DNA from: Takakia lepidozioides
Taxonomy: Eukaryota; Plantae; Bryophyta
Assembly: GCA_030704615.1 (NCBI GenBank)
Contig: CM060734.1
Location: forward strand, 18,476,001 to 18,540,000
DNA: 64,000 nucleotides
Reading direction: 5' to 3'
In this document: positions 49,060-58,500 of the stretch, piece by piece
Numbering within the stretch: position 1 is the first letter of the stretch
Layout of the letters: each line of letters opens with the position of its first letter
The notes under the pieces: generated by a model
What the model was told of the DNA's origin: nothing
The model's database searches: none
The model's input: only the letters and a program-made list of their open reading frames with translations
Made by a program: the position numbers and the translations under genes

Positions 49060-50697
49060 ACCACCGTTGAGGAAGAACTTCAAAATACTGCAGGTCCGGA
49101 GGAGGCCTCTGCAATGCGAGAATTGCCCGCAAAGATTCCCCAGACTACAGCTGTAGTTGGGAATGCTCCAGCTGCTCAGCCCCTACCACCACTTGCAGAA
49201 ATGTCTCCGGAGGAATTCCAAAGTGCAGTGGATACAATGTTGGAGGAGACACACAATAGCATTGGCAGAGTTCTGGGCAGCATGGTATTCCAGCGGACTC
49301 TTCGAATTCCACTCTATCGCATGGTCTCCCTTCCCATCGTCAGGCGCTTCCAGGGACTCTTCGAATTCCACTCTATTGCATATCCTGCGATCATTGCACT
49401 CCATGAGACCACAATTTGTCTAGCCATATTGCCAAACACCCGACTGCATCTTCAAGCTGCCACATTTGCATACCATCGACTAGGGTATTCTCCAAATGAT
49501 ATCTGGAACAATTCCAGCTTTAATTATGTCAGCATGGACTTGTTTGCCCTTCTCCAGGGCTGCCAGGCTTGCACAGGCATTGACAGTGCAAACAAACGTA
49601 GACTGGTCAGGTGCCACCCCTTCTCATACCATTTGCTTATAGGTCTCCAAAGCCTCCGTACCACACCCATGCTGGGCATATCCTGCGATCATCGCACTCC
49701 ATGAGACTACATCCCGTTCAGCCATATTGTCAAACACTTGCCATACATTATTTATGCTCCCGTATTTGGCATACTTGCTTACCAAGGCAGTACCTAGAAT
49801 GTTATCTGACACAATTCTGGCTTGATAATGGACGGCGAAATTCGTGGACCCACCTGCTTGAATTGTCAGCATGGATACCCACTGGCACACTCGCAATGAC
49901 GAATTCGAGACAATGCTGAAGGGTGATCCAGACTTCGGCCATATGTCGGGCAAAATGGTTTTTGTGTGGGACGGGAATCATCGACTTCTTGCCTGGTGGG
50001 AGTACATCAAGCATAACCATGCCAAGCATATTGGCTGGCATTACATGGTGGAGTGTGTCATCCTCAAGGTGAAGGCGGCAGACTCCTCCCTGCTCAAGAA
50101 TGCCATGGCGGACCTCAACTCGTAAGATTCTCATACCCTCCCAAGCACATCTGAAATGCGATGCCGCATTTCGGTTTCCAATCAGTTTTGTTTCCGTGCT
50201 TCATTGGACTGAACTGGAGAGTGTGCCTTGTAGGGTCACTAAAAATGCTTACGTGCATACCCACATGGCACATATGCTATACAGGGTGAGGAAAACTGGT
50301 CTCACTGACCCGCACATGTTCGCCGAAATGCTGGAGCCCGAGCTCATTCAAAAAGCCGTGGCAAAAACAGACCGGACATGGTATCGCCTCACTATGGATG
50401 GAATGGTGGAGGTGATATACGAAGTAAGTCGTCCTCCCATTTTCCTCTACTCATCCTTCCCCAATTTCCATGCACCTTTCCACATGGATCGAATGTAATG
50501 CTTCTGCATGTTTTTCTTGGCAGTCAAACATCAAGCTGGATTTGGCCCATGCCAAACGCTTCCTCATGGAAAGTGAGGGGCAGTTAAAAACGTTGCAGTC
50601 ATTGACGGAAAACTTGAAGGAAGCCGGGGTCAAGTCCAGAACGAAATACAAGTCAAAGCTTGTGAAGCTGGTGACCATTGCAGATCCGACACCTGGA
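49060..50697 (+). pseudogene. ParB/Sulfiredoxin-domain gene, copy 2, interrupted by PPR filler and cut off by transposon end C
   Basis: EETHNSIGRVLGSMVFQ..MVSLPIVR; GKMVFVWDGNHRLLAWWEYI; NAMADLN, then exons ..DRTWYRLT.. and YKSKLVKLVTIADP, with intron positions like copy 1. Confidence 0.72.
49378..49822 (-). pseudogene. PLS-class PPR fragment inserted antisense inside ParB-like copy 2
   Basis: GTALVSKYAKYG..VFDNMAERDVVSWSAMIAGYAQHG..ALETYKQM. Confidence 0.85.
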
Positions 50698-50850
50698 AAG
50701 GGGGGATGCTTCCGCGTGAGCGTGTGAGCGCATGAGCGCAGCCAAGCTCACGCCACGTCAGCAGTTATTATCACGTTGGTTCACGGGTCTAACGCCACGT
50801 CACCAGACCTTGCCAGCGTGGTTGACGCCACGTCACGTGAAGCCACGTCA
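50698..50850 (+). repeat. Putative DNA-transposon end C with TGAGC and GCCACGTCA repeats
   Basis: ggggggatgcttccgcgtgagcgtgtgagcgcatgagcg resembles end A; GCCACGTCA occurs four times. Confidence 0.5.
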
Positions 50851-51924
50851 TTTCCATAGGCACGGACCTATAACCGTGGACCGAATAGGCAGAAGGGTGC
50901 CTATAGCCGCGGACTTGCGCATTCGGCACATAGGGAACCATATGTGGGCAACGAGGCGAAGTGCAGAAGAGAGCTTATACTGAATGTTGTTGAATGATTG
51001 TGTTTGCAGAGATCGAATATAGAAGAATGGTTGTGGATGAATTAATGAGGATGAAGGAGAGTCAGCACGCTCCGAATATGGATGAATGTGGATGAAAAGG
51101 TGTGGATGAATGTGGTTGTATGAGAGTGGATGAATGTTGAATGAGGATGTCATTCTAACATTTATCTGAACCAAGCACAACAGTCAATGTCGTTTGCACA
51201 AACATCAGAAATTGGAGAAAATCCCTCATGAAGCACATGATAAGATTTAATCCATGATGTCTGCCATTTGGGGAAAGGTAGATTGATGAAAGCAACGTAG
51301 AATAAGACAACACGGCAGACGTGAGACAGATTTTGATTTTTTTAATTTTCTCCCACTGGTTACTGCAACATTCCACTGTGCAGCACGCTCCACTTTCGCT
51401 TGCATCTTCAGTGTCGACACATTGTGAGCCATTTCAGCACCATACATCCTGCAACACACCCGATCACCACCCTGAACTGGCACTAGACTGAAAATGCGAC
51501 CTAGTTGCCTTGCCAATGAGGTACAATCTGCTCATCTCTCCTCAGAGAGCACTGAAATTTTCAAGCTTATTCATTAGTTGTAAGCATACCCATTAGTTGT
51601 AACAACATATTAGAAGATGAATTTGGCTACCAGTTGTGCATGAGGAGGAGTTATAGGTCTTTCACATTCTGCACCAAAAATTTGACGAAACCACTAGGCA
51701 ACACATGCTTTGTCTTCTTGTTTGACCATAACCAATGTTAGGCATTGTGTGGTGCCCTTGAACATATGAGGCTGAGCATGAACAGAGACGTCGTGCAAAG
51801 GAATAGCTTCCAATATCCTGCCACCCAAATTACATGTATTGCATTAGCTAATGTGAAAGGCATGGGGGGGGGGGGGGGGGGGGGGCACATGCTATAACTG
51901 GGAAGCGAACACCAAAACGAACTT

Positions 51925-52760
51925 ACTCACATGTGAAATCGTCGTCAAGGTCCTTGTCGTCTCCCTCATTGATATCGACATTGCCACTACAGCTCCTGCT
52001 CTTTGGCGACAGGCATTGGCCCTTGCAACTCTTGGAGGCTCAGTAAAAGTGGCTGCATCCCCTTCCATACCCAACAAATGTCGGCCCGCTGCCTTGCAAG
52101 CATGGTACGAAGCTCCTGCAAGACCACAGTTGTGTTACTAAGATGTTACAATTGTGTATTAAGGGAAAAAAGACCACAAAAGGAGAGATGTCAAACCCGT
52201 TCCAAGAGTCAGGTCGACGATGCACGCCCCCGGATGGGAACGTGTCTCAATAACAGTTTGAATAAAAGTTGGACTCTTCTCCTTCGCCCCTCTCCATGGT
52301 GTTCCATTCGACTTTCTCAAATAGACATTCGAATCCACGTAATTGTTCATGAAACAACCTCTCCCATGAAGCCTGAACTCCTTCACTGTAGCAAGAGTCG
52401 AAGAAGGGTGCACCTTGACAAGACAGATGGCTTCAAAAAAGCGGGTCTGCACTGAAGACAACTCGAAGCACAAATGAGCGAATGCATACAAAAGGGCAAA
52501 AGAACAGTGCAACTTCACCCCTTCAGAATTGAGTGCGTTGACGCACTCAATTCCGGATGGGTGAACAGAAAAATGAAATGAAGCAGACAAGAGAAGAATG
52601 CTACCCTCATTCGGAATGGAGGATTACCATTTGTCCCGAACAATCCCCCTTCGTCAGGTATAAGCTGTTGACACCATTCCACCATTCTTGGCTGCCAACA
52701 GGCATGTCCATACAAACACCAAAAGAGGAATCCCCCCCCCCCCAAAACCGGAAGCTAATC
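51925..52760 (-). pseudogene. Beta-class amino-methyltransferase-like gene, copy 2 (3' exons)
   Basis: ..CSGQM|gtaatc; TRFFEAICLV..PWRGAKEKSPTFIQTVIETRSHPGACIVDLTLGTG|gt; ag|GASYHACKAAGRHLLGMEGD. Compare the bacterial pattern KP..L...I...S.PG..VLDPF.GSGTT..A....GR...G.E.D. Confidence 0.78.
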
Positions 52761-54511
52761 TCAATGGAAGGACAGACAAACATCAGTACCAGACCCTCTG
52801 AAATTGAGAGCGTCAACGCACTCAATTGTGAAGGGTTTTGATTTGCCCAATGGAAGTAAGTGTGTCCAGACATGCAGCAAACATGAACTACACTCCAAAA
52901 CCAGAAGCATGACTCAAGGGGGACGAACCACAGCTGCATTTGTGGCCCTCTGAAACTGTGTGCATCAACGCACTCAATTTTGGAGGGCCACAAGTGGATT
53001 ATTATTATTATTATTATTATTATTTTTATTTTTATTTTTTCACTTGGGTTCTCCCTCCTTTCCTGCCTAGAACTGAGTGCGTCAACGCACCCAATTTCTT
53101 CACTCATAAAAGAGCTCCATAAACGTATATTGAAGTTTGAAAGACGTCTCTCACTGCTCAGACTTCCCGGACCTTCCGGTTCGAGGTTTTTCACATTGTG
53201 CAACAAAATTTTGAGGAAACCACTAGGCAGCACATGCGTACTCTTACATTTTTTACCCATAAACAATGTTAGGCATCAGTGTCGTGCCCTTCATCTAGCA
53301 TTGAAGCCGATAGTGCATACCTACTGCATCCATAAGGCTTGCACCTAAAACGTTAGCTCATGCAAAAATGATAGAGTGATGCGAAATGAAGCAATAAATA
53401 CAGACAGAAGTCATATTTGCAAATGCATACAAGACTTGAAATTAAGGACTGAGCGTTCAACGACATTACCAGGCATGAATGCAGGAATTGTATTACATAA
53501 AATGGCGGGAACACAATAGGTGTGGCACTTGCCACATGCCCAGAACCAAAAGGACGCATGCTCTTAATCACTACAACTATCCCCTGAAACTGTGGCACTA
53601 CGTCACAAACCCGAGGTGCCTGCTTCCGAGCACACGGGGAGATTTGTTCAACATCTGCTGTCGAGCAATGGCCTCAGCGTACTCTGGCAGGATGTACGAA
53701 CGTGGAGGGCTGCACCAAAAGTCGGACTGAAAAACACAGACGTTGTGCAAAGGAACAGCTTGCAATATCCTGACAACCAACGTGAGAGCATGCATCAAGA
53801 ACATAGAAGAAAGGGAATGGTGGGGGGTTGTGTTCGGAACGAAGATTCATACAGAATTTCAACTTACTCACATGCGAAAATCGTCATCCAGGTTTGTCTC
53901 CACATGCACTGTACCCTCCTGTTTCTGGACGCAAGGGCTGGCCCTTGCCCGCCTGCAAATGATGTCATTGAAAATATCCGCATCCCCTTCCATACCAAAC
54001 AAATGTCTGCCCCCAGCCTTGCAAGCATGGTACAAAGCGCCTGCAAGTCGATGTACTATTAGCAAGATGTAACAAACTCTGCAACAAGAAGAGAACACCA
54101 GAGATTGATCGGGGTCTAACCTGTCCCAAGAGTGAGGTCCACGACGTGCGACCCCGGATGAGAGCATGTCTCTATAAGTGTCTGAATAAAAGCTGGGCTC
54201 TTCTCCTTCGCCACTCTCCATGGTGTGGAATTGGATTTTCTCAAACACACATTAGAATCCACGTAGTTGTAGTGAATGTCGTCCACCACAGGATCAAACC
54301 TGTCGTTGATAAAAAAGCCTCCCCCATGAAGCCTGAATTCCTTCACTGACGCTGGAGTGGAAGCTGGGCGAATCCTGACGAGGCACACGGCTTAAAAAAG
54401 GCGGGTCTGCTCAAAAAGACATCACGAATCAGATAAGATATGATTCAAAATCCAACTCAGATGAGGGAGATTTCACCCATCCGAAATTGAGTGCGTCAAC
54501 AAACTCAATTC
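52528..54511. repeat. Dispersed palindromes AATTGAGTGCGT-NN-ACGCACTCAATT in introns and non-coding DNA of MTase copies 2 and 3
   Basis: Copies at about 52528, 52802, 52955, 53071 and 54485. Confidence 0.85.
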
Positions 54512-54573
54512 CGGTGGGGCCAAATTGCAAACAAATTGAAGCAGGAAAGAGAAGAAGGATTACCATTTGTCCC
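53868..54573 (-). pseudogene. Beta-class amino-methyltransferase-like gene, copy 3 (3' exons; 5' part lost at the LTR junction)
   Basis: EKSPAFIQTLIETCSHPGSHVVDLTLGTG|gttag ... ag|GALYHACKAGGRHLFGMEGDADIF; same intron positions as copies 1 and 2. Confidence 0.8.
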
Positions 54574-55259
54574 GCATACATATCGCTACACAACTACATC
54601 GCTGTCCAAAACCACACAACACATGTGCACACCACACACTAGTATACCACTAGTCCACCACTAGTCCAGCCACTAGTCCAACCACTAGGCTACAACTAGT
54701 CAGTCACTAGGCTGCCACTATGCTGCCCACTATGGCAGTCACTAGTCCACACAATGATAAAGAAGAAGAATACAAGCACGAGCTCACAAAGCTGAAGCAT
54801 AAACTCATGCATATATAACCTCATCACTCAAATACAAGTCAAGCCAAGTGCACCCCACGCCATGGGGAATCCACACTACGGCGCCATAGCTAGGCGCGGT
54901 GAGGCTCAACTCGAGAAAGATGAGCCTTCCGCGCTTGCCGTGAAGATAACCACTCCAGGGCCTAAATCTGCCTTGACCCCTGGATTGACACTTGGGCCAA
55001 TCCCAAATGTCAATATGTAAAAGCTAGCTATTTCCTAGCTAGTTTCACACTAGTGGTAAAATAACTTGACAGCTGTCGTGCGCATACATATCGCTACACA
55101 ACTACATCGCTGTCCAAAACCACACAACACATGTGCACACCACACACTAGTATACCACTAGTCACCACTAGTCCAGCCACTAGTCAACCACTAGGCTACA
55201 ACTAGTCAGTCACTAGGCTGCCACTATGCTGCCCACTATGGCAGTCACTAGTCCACACA
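54574..55259 (-). repeat. 3' LTR region of the DNMT-carrying Gypsy, with a direct repeat of about 180 bp (54574-54752 and 55081-55259)
   Basis: Minus strand PPT-like agggggcgat then TGTGTGG at about 55259; one unit ends CACGACA at 55074; CACTAG-rich. Confidence 0.7.
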
Positions 55260-55519
55260 ATCGCCCCCCTAGCTGGTGCTTAGGTCCCTCTAAGTCCAGG
55301 TAGCCACAAGATGTGATAGTGACCATAGCCTCACTAAGTCCTCCACCACTATCCCTACTACACTCAAACTCGATAGATCAAGAGGCCGGGTGCAAGAGTT
55401 GCCCCATCGTTAGTCGCCGTCTTGCAACCTGTGAACTTGAGCTTGGGATCTCATGTATTGACTCCTATGAGCTTGGCCTCCCATGTCTTGTTAGCTGCCT
55501 CCAGTCATGTCCACTGCCA

Positions 55520-58500
55520 CTATCCCAAGCAGTGTGGACACAACCAATCTCCGTCAGGAACCTTCTCAAGAGGTGGTGTCAAGCATCCCATATGCCAATG
55601 AGCATCGATCACACACCAGCATGGTGGCTGCCCCTTTGGCAGACCCACAGAGCATGCACCTCAAACCTGCAGGTACCACTGCCAAGTTTGGGTCAACTCT
55701 GCCATCGACATTGGGAAGGTGACATGGCGCACAATTACGCACATGGTCCTTCCAAGTCATGCCATCCCGACCCTCCAAGATCAGGACCCCTGAGGGCAAC
55801 ACCTCTCGAACCCTCAGAATAACACGCCCTGCAGTAACATCCAGAGTCGTAGGAGCAGTCTGCTGCAAATAAACATAGTCACCAGGGCTAAACCTCCGAA
55901 CCCCAGGACGATATCCTCCACCACGTATAGTGGCATACCTCAACGTATCACGGTGCTGTGCAATGGCAAGGTTCTCAAAAGCCATGGGCATGACTTTCTT
56001 GAACAACTCTGCACGCTGATCACATGCACGTACCCACACGTCCGGATCGTCAAGGTTAAGGACTTGAGCAGTGTCCCTACGAATGGCTGCAGGCAAATCC
56101 GGCTCTCGGCCAAAGAGAAGGAAATATGGTGAGAAGGAGGCAAGTGATGCTTGTTTGCTGAACCTGTAGCCCATGGCTAACCAAGGAACCTGAAGATCCC
56201 AATCTCCTAGGTGTCCCTTCTGCAAGCCATACTTGCGCAAACCCCTCTTCACCGTCTGAACAACTCTCTCTGCTAAGCCATCGGCCTCAGGATGATCCCG
56301 AGAAGTGGTGCGGTGGTCTATCAAGGCTTTATCACACAAAGCCTGAAACTCCCCCAAGAACTCTCTCCCTTGGTCCGTGAGTACCTCAGCTGGAGCACCA
56401 AATCGGCTAAGCACACGATCCAAGAATGCATACGCAGCCCCCTCACTAGCCTTGTCAGGCAATGGAACCAACTCAATCCACTTGGAGAAGTGCTCCACCA
56501 TCACCAACACATATCTGTGGTGGCGCATAGTCAGTGGCAACGGTCCTGCGAAGTCAAGACTCCACCTGTAGCCCAATCCCATGATTGGTAAAGGATGCAA
56601 CTGTGGTGTAGGGGCGTTGAATGAAGCACGCACCCTGTCACACACCATGCACCTAGCCACGAACTGTTGCACCTCTGTATGCATACCACGCCACCAATAC
56701 TGCCCCTGCAGTAAACTGTGAGTGCGTCGCACTCCAAAATGCCCCAACTCCTCATGGGCATGCCGCACTAACCGTGCACGCTGTGTGGGGTGAGGCACAA
56801 TCCTCACCCGACCATCCTCCCACACTCGAAGTAGGTGTATCCCCTCCCACTTGAACCTCTTGGCTCGTTGCAGGATCCGATCCCTCTCCCTGGCAGTCAC
56901 AGTGGCTGCCGTGTCTCCGTGCGGAGGTAGTCCAACACAGCCGAATCCTCATGTATATCTCTGGCACCACCTGGCTCATCACTAGCCTCAGGGTCCTCAG
57001 ACACTCCGTCTACAGTCATCCCTGTTGTAGGTCCAACCTGACCTCCCGATGCCAAGATACACAAAAATGCAGATGCGTGCCATCCCGGCACCATCTCCTC
57101 GTCCGTCTCACCATGCCACCGAGCTCCAGTGTCATCCTGCTGGCTCATGCATGGATTGCGACTCAATCCATCCGCATCCCGATTGACCAAAACCGGTCGA
57201 TGCACAACCTGAAAGTCATACTCCTGGAGTATAAGTGCCCACCGTGCAAGCTTCCCCGTAAGCTTGTCTGACTCCATCAACCACTTGAGTGGCTGGTGAT
57301 CCGTGACAAGGGTGAAAAGATTGCCGTATAGATAGCACCTGAAGTGTGCCACGGCCCACACTGCAGCTAAGCACTCTCCCTCATATGAGCTGTACTTAGC
57401 CTCTGCAGCGTTGTTCGAGCGGCTAGCATAAGCCACTACGAACTCTCTTCCCTCATCATCCACCTGTGTGAGCACCGCTCCAAGCCCCAGCATGCTCCAA
57501 TCCGTATGCAGCTGAAAGGGACGCCCCCTGATAGGTCGTCTCAGGATAGGCGCCGAGGTCAACCTCGCCTTGAGCTCTTGAAAAGCTCGTTCCTGCTCAT
57601 CTTCCCACTGCCACTCCTGGTCCACCTTGGTCAGCTTGGTTAGAGCCTTTGCAATGGTACTAAATCCCTTGACAAACCGTCTATAATAGTTTGCCAACCC
57701 CATGAAAGCTCGAACTCGGCTCACATCCGTGGGGCGTGGAATTTGTGCAATGGCCTCTACCTTAGTCTGCTGTACCCCCAATCCTCCAGGATATATCATG
57801 TGACCCAGATACTCAATCTGGTTGTGGAAAAACTTGCACTTCCCCGGATGCAACTTCAATCCGTGCGCTCTCAAGCGCTCCAATACCACCTGAAGGTGTC
57901 TCTCATGCTCCTCCATCGTAACACTAAAGATGATGATGTCATCTATGTAGCACCGAGCAAAGTCCACCCCTGCTAGAATCCTATCCATGACTCTCTGAAA
58001 CTCTGCAGGAGCATTCTTAAGCCCAAATGGTAAGAACCGCCACTGATATAGGCAATCCTTGCCGTGCTCATTGATCCCCCAGAATGTCGTCTTCTGCTTG
58101 TCCGCCTCCTTGATTGGCAACTGGTGATATCCGGATCGTAAATCCAAAGTGCTAAAGGCCTTAGCATGCCGATGGCATCAAAGATCTCCTCTGGTGTTGG
58201 CATGGCATACTTATCGGACTTGGTCTGACGATTTACAGGCCGGTAATCACCGCACATACGTCTCTCCGTCCAATTGCCATAGACATCCTTCTTGGCTGGC
58301 ATCACTGTGGCTGAAGCATACTCTCCACCAGAGAGCTCCACCAAACCTGCCTCCCAGAGATTGAGTCCTCATCTGAATCAAAGACCTCTCCATGTCACTG
58401 TATCTATAGGGTCTCCGAAAGATTGGCGTGTCAGTGGCCAACTCAATACGGATCTCTTGACCCTTCAGTGCTCCCAAGTCCTTCAAACTGAAGGCAAAGC

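Noticed and set aside
26206-50850. A single intact giant transposon bounded by paired TIRs
   Set aside because: All three candidate ends face the same way and no matching inverted end or TSD was found, so the region is treated as nested partial copies.
51863-53035. Poly-G run at about 51863-51886 and (ATT)n at about 53000
   Set aside because: Simple repeats with no supportable function; homopolymer length is unreliable.
29590-54573. Bacterial or phage contamination as the source of the ParB-like and MTase genes
   Set aside because: The genes have conserved spliceosomal-type introns and are interleaved with plant TEs and PPR fragments.
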